From positions 13,690,553 to 13,748,039 of the forward strand of contig NC_057718.1 of the NCBI RefSeq assembly GCF_004010195.1: 57,487 nt of DNA, in the 5' to 3' direction. The translations under genes were made by a program, and so were the position numbers. This DNA is from Chiloscyllium plagiosum. Taxonomy: Eukaryota. Position 1 is the first letter of the stretch, and every line of letters begins with the position of its first letter. Below, piece after piece: positions 39,716-50,059 of the stretch. The notes beneath the pieces are model-generated. The model did no database searches, had not been told where the DNA came from, and saw only the letters and a list, made by a program, of their open reading frames with translations.

Positions 39716-40448
39716 CTCCTGCTCCTCGGATGCTGCCTGGCACACTTTTCAACTCTGCCCTCTAATGCTGTCTCGGTTCACACGCTGAACAGAAGTTATG
39801 AGAAATTACTTTTTTTGTTTGTAGGAGTTGGACTTCACCTGTAAGCCCTGCATTTATTGGCCAATCCCTAATTGTACTGGAGAAGGTAGTGGTAAACTGT
39901 CCTCTTAATGTTGCATTCCTTGGGATGTAGAAACCCCTGCAATGCTTTTAGAAGAAAACACTCCCAAGCATTTAATAGGCAATTAACTACTTGTTAAAAT
40001 TTGAGTTTTTTTTTAAATCAACCTGTTAAAACGTATTATGGCACACCTCTCGAGAGCATGTTAGACACAAACCCAGGCCCGTTAGCCTCAACCTAGGGTC
40101 ATTACTACTGCTCCACAATAACCCTCTCTTTTTAAGCTTAATAATCATTCTAATTCAAGATATGGGACAGACAATTTGCACACTGCACAATGTCATAATC
40201 AGCACGGTGTATAATGCTGGATAACTCATTCATTAGGGGTTAACTGCTAGATGATTTCCTCACTCGTGTTATCCAGATGTCCACATGCCACCTGCAAAGG
40301 GGACCTTTGGCTGAATACCATCTCAGATTGCAGCAATCCCTCAGTAATTATCATGCAGAGTGTCAGCCTATACTTGGAGCTCAATTTCTACAATAAGACT
40401 TGAAGAATGCAGAGTGACAGGTTTGAAGATATGATCAGGTTTGAAGAT

Positions 40449-40543
40449 CACAACCATCTGAAGAAGCAGCGCTCTGAAAGCTAGTGTGCTTCCAATTAAA
40501 CCTGTTGGACTATAACCTGGTGTTGTGTGATTTTTAACTTTAT
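40449..40543 (+). mobile_element. PLE pLTR fragment (family B) with degenerate hammerhead
   Basis: catCTGAAGA..GAAAGCTAgtg; same family as 46285-46652; flanked by GTTTGAAGAT repeats. Confidence 0.75.
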
Positions 40544-43290
40544 GTTTGAAGATAGTATGTGTTGAAAAAAGATTGCAAGGCACTGTTGGTTTTCAGGCAG
40601 CTGACTTGAACACGACACTGAGACACATTATTAATGAAGCATTTCCAAACTGAGAAACCCATGTAGGTGGCTTCGGTACACCTGATTTCTCTCTGACAGT
40701 AGGTGCTGTGATGGAATCTTTAGTTTTGAGACTTGTCTGTTTTTTGAAACTGACCACAACTGAAATGGGGATCCAAAATGGGAAAAAGGGGAAAACTGAC
40801 CCTTTCAGTTTATAAGGAAATTAAAACTTCTCAGGAGACTGAATCTGGCAATAAGCATAAAATAGGACATAAATTAATTCAAGCTCAGTTGAAACGAATG
40901 AGTCCAGGGGTGCAGTACAATCTCCAGCAGGTAGTTCCAAAAACTGAGAAGAAAGAAATATACACGTGTTTCTGTTACAAGAAGTAACATTGTTGGATCC
41001 ATGTCATGCAGACACCGTTAAGGACGTTCTGCAGACCTGTGCCATTTTTGATGATGAACTGTATGAAAGTCTGATTGGTTGTGCACTGCTATCAACTTGG
41101 GATCAGGCTTGATCATAAGAGAGAGAAGCTGAAATTCTTTGTGACGAAGACAGAATGTTTGAAAGAATTGTGTGGTGGATATCGATAACCTATAGACTAA
41201 ACGGACTGCATTTATAATAATGTCTCAGTTGTATCTGCCATTTAATAAGTAATTTATAGTTGATAACAGACAACAAAGTCATATTTAACTTCTGTTAATT
41301 CTGAGTATTAGAGTACAGATGACTGAGGTAGTATTTAGCATTTGCTTTATTTGACCCTTCTTTGGTAAAAATTCTTGTTTCAACTGCAGAATCTTGGCCT
41401 TCATTTGTTTAGTGAATAATTGATTTCATTTGTTTTAAGAAAGATCCAAAGAGATCAAACCAGGACACACCTTTACCCAAATTCAGGTTTTAGGAACAAT
41501 TAACAAAAACTAGTTTTGTCCAACAAGACAGGATTAATTACTGACCTCATAGTAAGACTGGCCCTGAGCAGCAGCGAACATGAAATGACTGAATTTCACA
41601 TATAGTTTAACAGAAAAACGTGTGGGTTCAAGGAGAATATTTTGAATCTAAACAAGGGTAATTATGACAGCATTAAAGCAGAGTTAGCTAAAGTAAACTG
41701 GCAATTTAGATTAAGAGACAGGTCAACAGAGATGCAGTCGCAAACATTTAAGGGTACATTCCAGAAATCGCTTATAGATACATTTAAACAAATAAGAAAG
41801 ATTCTAAGGGATGGATCCACCAACTGTGATTAACAAAAAAAGTCAAAGAAAGTATCAAACTCAAAGAAAAGACATGTGGATGGGTATATGAATAGGAAGA
41901 GTTTGGAGGGATATGGGCCAGGTGCTGGCAGGTGGGACTAGATTAGATCGGCATTGATGAGTTGGACCGAAGGGTTTGTTTCCATGCTGTAAATCTCCAT
42001 GACTCTATGACACTATTACTCAAAGATAAGTTAGGACAGTAACATTTGAGTATGGGAGAAAGTTAGACAAAAATAAAAAAAGGGAATGTTTCTTCAGACA
42101 TTTAAAAAAGTTAACCAAGTAACTGTCAGTGTTATAGAAAATGAGTCTGAGTATTTAGTAATGAAGAGTCAAGAGATGGCAGACATATTGAACATATATT
42201 TTGTGCCAGTCTTCACGAGAGGGGATAGGAGTAACACCCCGAAAATAGCTGTCCATCAGGAATTGAAAGGGAAAGGGAGAAAGGTTACACTGAGTAAATT
42301 GTTGGAACTACAAGTTGACAAGTCCTGAATGCTGACATAACTCATCCTAGGTTCTTAAAAGTAGCAACTAGTGAAATAGTTAATCCATTGGCTTTAAGTT
42401 TCCAAGATTGGCTAGGTTCCGGGAAGGTTCCTTTGGATTGGAAAATATCTTTTCTATCTCCTTTATTCAAAAGGGAGGGAAGCAGAAAGCAGGAAACTAC
42501 ATGCCAGCTAGCTTAACATCTACCACAGAAAACAAAATTAGAAGCTCTTATTAAAGACATTACAACAGGCTATTTGAATAAGTTCAAGCTAATCAGCCAG
42601 AGTCAACAGGGTTTTGTCAAAGGGAAATCCTAACTACCTAAGATTTAACTAATTCATTGAAGTTTTTTGAAGTAGTAACTTCTGTTGTGAATAAAATAAA
42701 ACCAGTAGATGCACTGTACTTAGATTTACCTAGAAGGTATTCGATCAGGCACCATATCAAAAGTTATTGTGGAAAATAAAAGTTAGAGGTAACATATTGG
42801 CATGGATAGAAGATGAGCTGGCTAACGGGAAGAAGAAAGCAGGAGTAAATGGGATTTTTTTCCAGTCTGGCAGAATGCCATAAGTAGTGTGCCAAAGGGG
42901 TCAGTGCTGGGACCTCAACACTTGACAACTTATGTAAGTGATTTGGATGAACAAACCGAAGGTATGACAACTAAATTTGTTGATGAAACAAAGATAGGCA
43001 GACAAGTGAGTTGTAAAGAGGACAAAAGGAACATAGACAGGTTAAGTGAGTGGGTAAAGATCTGGCAAATGGAGCATCATGTGAGAATAGGTGAAATTGT
43101 CCATTTTGGCAGAGGATAAATAAAAAGCATATTATCCAAATAGAGACAGGTTACAGGCCTTCAAGATGGAGAGAGATATGGGTGTCTGGTGTATGAATCA
43201 CGGATAGTTAGTATGCAAATACAGCGAGTAATTAGCAAAGCCAAAAGAATGTTCTGTTCTATTGCAACAGGATTGAATGCAAGAGTAGGT

Positions 43291-45120
43291 TATAAGACTG
43301 AAGAAATAGGTACAGGCGTAGGCCATTTGGCACCTCGAGCCTGCTGTGTCTTTCAATAGGATCATGGCTAAACTGCCATTCTTTATGTCCACTTTCCTGC
43401 CCTTTCCCTGTAACCGTTGATTCCCCTACTGATCAAGAATCTAATTATCTCAGCCTTATATATACACACAAGAACTCTGCTCCATAGCGCTCTGTGGCAA
43501 GGAGTCCAAAGATACTCAACCCTCAGAAGAAATTCTTCATCTCAGTCTTAAATTGGCTCCCCTTTATTGGGAAACTATGCCCTCCAGTCCAAGACTTTCT
43601 CATGAGGGGAAACACCCTCCCAGCATTTACCCTGTCAAGATCCTTAAGACTTTTAAGAATTCTGTATGTGTCAATGAGATTGCCTCTCATTCTACTAAAC
43701 ACCAATGAGTAGAGTCCCAACCTGTTTAGCCTTTAGTCATATGACAATCCCTCATATCAGAGATCATCTTTGTGACTCTTTCCTGAACTTCCAATGAAAC
43801 AATATCTCTCCTTAAATGAGGGGACCAAACCTGCTCTCAGTACTGCTAATGTGGTCTTACCAGTACCTTGTACAGTTCCAGAAAGATTTCCCTACTCTTC
43901 TCCTCAAACTCCTTTGAAATAAGAGCCAATGTTCCACGACCATTACTAATTACCTGCTGCACCTGTGTGCTAGCCTTCCATGTTTCATGTACAAGTACCC
44001 CCCAAGTCCCTGTGTTGCAATTTTTCCCCATTTGAATAATATTCTGTTCTTTTGCTCACCCTTCCAAAATTAATAACTTGGCATTTTCCCACATTCTACT
44101 CCAATTGCCAACTTTTTGCCCACTTACTTAATCTATCAATATCGCTAAATTGTTTGCATCCTACTCCAGGTAAAAACAATGACTGCAGATGCTGGAAACC
44201 AGATTCTGGAGTAGTGGTGCTGGAAGAGCACAGCAATTCAGGCAGCATCCGAGGACAGGCAAAATCGATGTTTCGGGCAAAAGCCCTTCATCAGGATTAT
44301 GCCTGTCCTCGGATGCTGCCTGAATTGCTGTGATCCATGCATCCTACTCCAACCTACCTTTCCAACTATTTTTGCGTCATCTACAAATTTGACAACCATA
44401 CATTCACTTCCGCCAAGTCATGAATACATACTGTCAATAGATGCAGTCCCACCACTGATCCCTTTGGAACCTCACTGGTCACAGGTCATCAATCTGCAAA
44501 CAGCTCCTTATCCCAACTTGCTGTTCCCTTTCCAAGAGCCAATTCTCTATCTATGCCAATATACTACCTCCAACACTATGAGCTCTTATCTTTCAACCTA
44601 ACCTTTTCAGAGGAACTTTGTTGAACACCTTCTTGAAGTTCAAATACAACATACCTACAGGCTTCCCTCTTTCCACTCTGGTTCAGTCTTTCTTGGAAAA
44701 CTGTAATAAATTAGTTGGGCATGATTTCCCTTTTGTGAAGCCATGCTGATTCTGCTTGATTAGATTACAGTTTTCAAAATGTTCTGCTATTAGTTCCTTA
44801 ATAATGGACACCAATACTTTTCTAAAAGTAGATGTTAGATTAATTGGCCTATCATGACTTGCTTTTTGTCTCTCTCCCTTTCGGAGAAAGGGTGTCACAG
44901 TAGAAATTTTCCAATTCTCTGGTACTTCTCCAGAATCCAGCAAACTTTGGAAAAGCACAACCAATGCATCTGCTATCTCTGTAGCTATTTATTTTAAGAT
45001 TCTAGAATGCAAGCTATCAGGGCTAGGGGACTTATTTACTTTGTGCCCCATTGGTTTGTCTAAATCTACTTCTTTAGCGAGAGTGGTGGTACTTAATTCC
45101 TCCCTGTATCCTTTATTATT
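43291..45120 (-). mobile_element. Antisense CR1/L2-type LINE nested in the plus-strand LINE
   Basis: FQSLLDSGEVPENWK...QHGFTKGKSC and GLYSLVFSRMRGNLIDTY on minus. Confidence 0.8.
44169..44337. mobile_element. Fold-back PLE insertion (subfamily A2) with hammerhead
   Basis: TSD TGCATCCTACTCCA at 44155-44168 and 44338-44351; minus strand AATC-CTGATGA-A-GGGC-TTTT-GCCC-GAAA-CA-TC-GATT at 44263-44298. Confidence 0.88.
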
Positions 45121-45257
45121 CATGCTTCAGTTGCACAGAGCATTGGTAAGACCACATCTGGGGTACTGTGTAACAGTACTGGTCACTATACTTACAAAAT
45201 GAATTTAATGTGTTGGAAGCACTTGACTGAAGACTTACTTGACTAATAGCTAGAATA

Positions 45258-45463
45258 GAGCTGAAAATGTGTTGCTGGAAAAGCGCAGCAGGTCAGGCAG
45301 CATCCAAGGAACAGGAGAATCGACGTTTCGGGCATAAGCCTGAAGAAGGGCTTATGCCCGAAACGTCGATTCTCCTGTTCCTTGGATGCTGCCTGACCTG
45401 CTGCGCTTTTCCAGCAACACATTTTCAGCTCTGATCTCCAGCATCTGCAGCCCTCATTTTCTC
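45258..45463. mobile_element. Apparently perfect fold-back PLE-derived insertion centred on a hammerhead (family A)
   Basis: About 83-bp inverted arms; tail on right; TSD CTAATAGCTAGAATA at 45243-45257 and 45464-45478; core at 45340-45367. Confidence 0.93.
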
Positions 45464-46284
45464 CTAATAGCTAGAATAAGTAGATGTCCTTTTAAGTAAT
45501 TTTAGACAGCCATGGCTTGTATCTTCTGGAGTTTACAAAAAATCAGAAATGACTTCATTGAAACATAAAAGACCCTGAGGTGACATGATGGGATGAAACT
45601 GGAAAATAAGTTTCCTTTTGTGGCAGAAATTAGAACTAGGGGTCATATTTTCAAAATAAGGATTCGTCCATTTAAGACAGATGAGAAAAACATTGAGTGT
45701 CCTTGGAATTCCCTGGCCCAAAAGGCAGTAGATGCAGAAACTTTAAATATTAAGGCAGTGATCGATAAATTAGTGACTACCATGGAGATGAAAGATTTCA
45801 CTGTATGGAGGAATGTAGATTGAAGTTAAAATCAGATTGGCCATTATCTTATATAATAGCATTACAGACTGAAAGGCTTGCTCATGTTCCTTATTTGTAC
45901 ATTCAGAGAGCTCATAAATTTGTGCAGTGATACTGAAGATAAATTAACTGAATTCAGGCATCATACCGGAGAGCATCTGATCAATTTCCTGCTGCTTATT
46001 CAGCCGAGATCACAGCTGGAACACTAAATGACAGAGTTACCTGGATCGAGACAAGAGAAATCCAGTGACTAGCTTACTCCAGGTTCCCCCAATGTTGCAG
46101 CAATGCCTGCTTAAACAACCATTTCCTTGATAACTACAATAGTGTCCAACTCAGCTAATGCACAACTGAATCTACAAAAGATTAGCTGAATTACAAACTT
46201 CCAGCATCAAGCAAGTCGAATGAGAACTGTGCCAACTCCTAAGAGACCACTTATCTATTTACCATTACAACCACACTCAAACAA

Positions 46285-46652
46285 AGTTAAAAATCACACA
46301 ACACCAGGTTATAGTCCAACAGGTTTAATTGGAAGCACACAAGCTTTCGGAGAGATGCTCCTTCATCAGGTGATTGTGGAGGGCTTAATCGTAACACAGA
46401 ATTTATTGCAAAAATTTGCAGTGTGATGTAACTGAAATTATACATTGAAGAATTGATGTATAATTTCAGTTACATCACACTGCAAATTTTTGCAATAAAT
46501 TCTGTGTTACGATCGAGCCCTCCACTATCACCCGAAGGAGCGTCGCTCCGAAAGCTAGTGTGCTTCCAATTAAACCTGTTGGACTATAGCCTGGTGCTGT
46601 GTGATTTTTAACTTTGTACACCCCAGTCCAACACCGGCATCTCCGAATCATG
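46285..46652. mobile_element. Fold-back PLE-derived insertion (family B)
   Basis: About 165-bp inverted arms meeting near 46450; tail on right; TSD ACACTCAAACAA at 46273-46284 and 46653-46664. Confidence 0.88.
46338..46372 (-). ncRNA. Minimal hammerhead ribozyme motif (family B)
   Basis: CAC-CTGATGA-A-GGAG(catct)CTCC-GAAA-GC-TT-GTG; palindromic AGCT in helix III. Confidence 0.7.
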
Positions 46653-47269
46653 ACACTCAAACAAGATAGCCACTGGCAATTAGGCAATGGCAAACATGGA
46701 TTTAAATATCAAATACCCATTCCTGCCTTTTTGTCACAGAAGTGTTTCACAACTTGATACTGAGAGTGGTGGGAGTAAATCTTTGATTTACGTACAACAA
46801 ATTTAACCCACATTGAGATGTTTAACAACTTCTTTACAGCCTGGTCCAAAAGGATATGGCCAGAATACTGTTGGTATGAACCACGACCTCTAGATATTGC
46901 TATGGATAAACAGTTTGGACAGAAATCTCTCGATCAGTACAACTGATGAATGGTGCTGAATTAAATACAATGGGATATAGATCACACAGCATGAAAATCA
47001 ATAGCAACCACTTCCTGGCATTTCAAGATGGGCAACATGTGCCAAAAATGCAGAGTTATATTACCAAATCATTATGACATAAATTTGAGGTTACTGTGGG
47101 GGATACTGATAAGGAGCCAAGCACTCGTCATGGGGGAGTTAGATGGAAAGCAATTTATTTTTATGCTTGCACATCTCCTTTCAGCTAATTTAGAAAGCAA
47201 AATGAAAAGTGTGAAACAAAAAAGGGTGCCCCTCATGCTCCATTACGTTACTAGGTATATTTCAGGTGA

Positions 47270-47562
47270 GACATTACACAGTTGTTCTGGTGCGCTCGAC
47301 AGACATTAAACATCCTATAGCACTATTTGAAGAAGAGCAGAGACATATTCTCTCCCACACATGGTCAATATTTATCCCTCAATCAATTTCAGTAAAACAG
47401 ATCATCTGGTCATTATCACATTGTTGTTTATGGGCCTAGTTATGTTTAATTTGACTGCTACAGTTCCAACATTAACTTGCGAAATGTGTTCATCATTTTA
47501 AAGTGCTTTGAGCTATCCTTAGATTGCAATAAGCACAATACAAATTCAAGTCTTTCTTTTTT
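47270..47562 (+). mobile_element. Deu-domain/SacSINE1-like SINE remnant
   Basis: attaaacatcctatagcactatttgaagaagagcag...atttatccctcaa...ctggtcattatcacattg; family assignment from memory. Confidence 0.55.
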
Positions 47563-48278
47563 GTGTTGATGCAGAATGTTCCAGGAAACACACACAATCA
47601 AGATGGCAAGAAGGCAACTCAATTGCTTAGAGAAGGCAAAACAGACTGGTTTCTCATGTCTGATGGCTGTCCTGTGATCTTGCGCAGGAAAGAGACACAT
47701 ACTGGAGTGAACCTGCATACCAGATAAAGTGGGCAAAACAAAAATCCCATGACTGTAACTACAAAAGGCAGAGAAACTTGAGAAGTTATATAAATAGGTC
47801 ATTGTATCACTTTCAGAACAGTTCGGTTATTTAAAAGTGATAGTACCTTCTTATTCCAATATAATGGCAAATGGCCTAATTCTCCTCCTTTATCTTATGA
47901 ACTTATAAATTGAACAAATAACAATGGTTTATAAACATTTTTGTGTGAATTTGGTGCTGCTTGGGTGTAGACACCAAACAGGTGACAGACTTATTGACTG
48001 TAGGGGCAGTAAATAAATTTGACAAACATGTCCTTCCCCACAATACTGACGTTTACAAATAGTTACATTTCCAGTACAGGAGTACAGCAATTATATCAGT
48101 CTTCTTTTAAGACAGTAGAGACAAACATATCTCGAACAAAATTAGAACTATTCTTCCTAGCATTCCAAGCGTACATATTTCAGCTGGAGAAAGTAAGGTC
48201 TGCAGATGCTGGAGATCAAAGTTGAAACTTTATTGCTGGAACAGCACAGCAGGTCAGGCAGCATCCAGGGAACAGGAG

Positions 48279-48314
48279 ATTCGACGTTTCGGGCACAGGC
48301 CCTTCTTCAGGAAT
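48279..48314 (-). ncRNA. Intact minimal hammerhead ribozyme motif, copy 1
   Basis: ATTC-CTGAAGA-A-GGGC-CTGT-GCCC-GAAA-CG-TC-GAAT: 4-bp stem I, 4-bp stem II, palindromic ACGT helix III. Confidence 0.82.
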
Positions 48315-48564
48315 GAGCAGAGAGTGTTCAGCAGGAGAAGATAAAAGGTAGGGAGGAGGGACTTGGAGGAGGGGAGTTGGAAATGTGATAGGTGGAAAGA
48401 GGTCAAGGTGAGGGTGATAGGTCGGAGTAGGACGGAGGCGGAGAGGTCAAGAAGAAGACTGCAGAAGACTGCAAGAAAGTGAGGTCTGCAGATGCTGGAG
48501 ATCAAAGTTGAAACTTTATTGCTGGAAAAGCACAGCAGGTCAGGCAGCATCCAGGGAACAGGAG

Positions 48565-48600
48565 ATTCGACGTTTCGGGCACAGGCCCTTCTTCAGGAAT
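48565..48600 (-). ncRNA. Intact minimal hammerhead ribozyme motif, copy 2
   Basis: Identical to 48279-48314, 286 nt away. Confidence 0.82.
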
Positions 48601-49493
48601 GAGCAGAGAGTGTTCAGCAGGAGAAGATAAAAGGTAGGGAGGAGGGACTTGGAGGAGGGGCGTTGGAAATGTGATAGGTGGAAAGAGGTCAAGGTGAGGG
48701 TGATAGGTCGGAGTAGGATGGAGGCGGAGAGGTCAACAAGAAGACTGCAGGTCAGGAAGGCGGCCCGCCGCATCTGCTCCCAGGAGGACCAGTTCTACAT
48801 ATTTCAGCTTAATGTCTTCAGGATCAATACAACCATTGTTCAAACCCCGCAATACCCTAACAGCAGATGCCAAAAAGTTATCAAGGATTCCAATTGAACC
48901 ATGAGGTCATGACGAATTTTTCTGATGGCCAGTTCTTGATTTTTTTTTAAATCACCCATAGCTAGCCTCACTGACCTCACTTTGTAAACGCCTGAAGTTT
49001 CCTGTTTCCTTCCTCACCTTCAAAATCCCTCACAAAATCTATTCGCATAAGCTTCTGGTCACCTCCAGCATTTTTTTCATGGCTACCCTTCCCCCCCCCC
49101 GTGAAGAACTTTGAATTCGTATTTAGTATATTAAAGGCTCAAACTGTTGTGCTTGCGATACGTAGGGTAATAAGCAGTGTACTAAGAACAGATGACAGTA
49201 CACCTTGAGCCGTCATTAATACTGAACTATTCGTCATTGTCAAAAGAGAAGCCTATAAACAGTTTTTATAATAATCATGTTTTTGTTTAGAGATTTCAGA
49301 CCATTCAGAATGCTTCGCATTTACACATTTTTTCAATAAATAACTCCATAAACCCCACATGGATCCAATCGTCACAGTGACTTAGCAGGTACCTATCCTG
49401 ACCGCGGATGCGGAAGTCAGAAAAACTGCACTGTACAGCATACTGTACAAAAAAAAAGGACGTGGCAATAAAAAAATAAAGTCAATCTCTCAC

Positions 49494-49683
49494 CGCACTC
49501 CACGAAGTCTTCAGAGTTTCCAAATTCAGATTGCATGACACAGCCTTGCTTCTGCAGATGGTTATTGCTATTAAAGGACAAAAGCGAAGAAAAGTACTCT
49601 GCCCAGGCCGAGCGGCATTGGGAAAACAATAAAAGTTGAGTAACAACAACGGCCGCCGCAACTGACTGACTGGCAGCTGCCAT
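49494..49683 (-). CDS. TTC13: TTC13 coding exon 1 (signal-peptide-like N terminus)
   Basis: aaaATGG start; MAAASQSVAAAVVVTQLLLFSQCRSAWAEYFSSLL...EDFVEC; donor G|gtgaga; 190 nt, phase 1, joins exon 2 in frame; lies in CpG-rich region. Confidence 0.88.
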
Positions 49684-49741
49684 TTTTTTTGCGGGTCTGC
49701 TTCTTTGGGAAAACGTACAAGGAGGTGGAGGTGGGAAACGC

Positions 49742-49762
49742 TGCAATCTGGAAGATGTAGTT
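49742..49762 (-). promoter_or_regulatory. ZNF143/THAP11-type motif facing TTC13
   Basis: Minus strand AACTACATCTTCCAGATTGCA resembles ACTACAnnTCCCAGnATGC. Confidence 0.6.
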
Positions 49763-49800
49763 CTACCGGGTGAGACATTGGTTTGTTCAATCCGAGGGAG

Positions 49801-49820
49801 GACTACATCTCCCGACAGGC
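49801..49820 (+). promoter_or_regulatory. ZNF143/THAP11-type motif facing ARV1
   Basis: GACTACATCTCCCGACAGGC matches ACTAYRnnnCCCR. Confidence 0.7.
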
Positions 49821-49966
49821 CCTGGATGACGTCTTCACACGCGAACACCCCGCCGGAGCGTCACGCCGGCCTGGTAACCTGGCAACGGTAAGGAACTGGG
49901 GTGTGTGTGAGGAGAAGGTCTGGGCCTCGCGCTTGGGTTTTTAAAAGTGAACGGCCGTTGGTCAGA

Positions 49967-50059
49967 ATGGCGGCATGCTATCGGTGCGTCGAATGTAATA
50001 AGGAGGCACAAGAACTTCATAGGGACTACAGCCACGGGATCATCAAGATAACCATTTGT
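49967..50059 (+). CDS. ARV1: ARV1 coding exon 1 (start of Arv1 homology zinc-binding domain)
   Basis: agaATGG start; [31 protein letters not shown] then donor gtaagt; matches recalled ARV1 [27 protein letters not shown]; head-to-head with TTC13 as in human. Confidence 0.93.

Larger units (their letters stand above)
36617..39755. mobile_element. Large inverted-duplication Penelope-like element (two 5'-truncated copies back to back)
   Basis: PLE RT motifs (GVAMG...FLRYIDD...LPFLDL...YYKPTD) on both strands diverging from about 38445; pLTRs at both ends; TSD TGCCCTCTAATGCT at 36603-36616 and 39756-39769; two N gaps inside. Confidence 0.92.
41520..45900 (+). mobile_element. Long decayed CR1/L2-type LINE split by nested insertions
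   Basis: NLNKGNYDSIKAELAKVNW, PKGSVLGP..., resumes at about 45121 after the antisense insertion. Confidence 0.75.
48186..48795 (-). mobile_element. Tandem PLE pLTR dimer (286-bp period) plus short inverted RT fragment
   Basis: Near-identical units start at 48188 and 48474; TSD TACATATTTCAGCT at 48172-48185 and 48796-48809; terminal plus-strand piece encodes RRICSQEDQF as in the PLE RT at about 38870. Confidence 0.92.
49684..49966. promoter_or_regulatory. Bidirectional CpG-rich promoter and 5' UTRs of TTC13/ARV1
   Basis: 283 bp between divergent ATGs; clear CpG enrichment relative to the introns; ATTGG (CCAAT on minus) at 49777-49781; CRE-like TGACGTCT at 49827-49834. Confidence 0.85.

Noticed and set aside
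36615..39844. Long ORFs of 269-407 aa
   Set aside because: Artefacts of translating through N gaps; the real content is PLE RT fragments
49417..49848. 143-aa ORF as an N-terminally extended TTC13
   Set aside because: Begins at a non-ATG codon and crosses the promoter motifs; ATG 49683 has good context and gives a signal-peptide-like start
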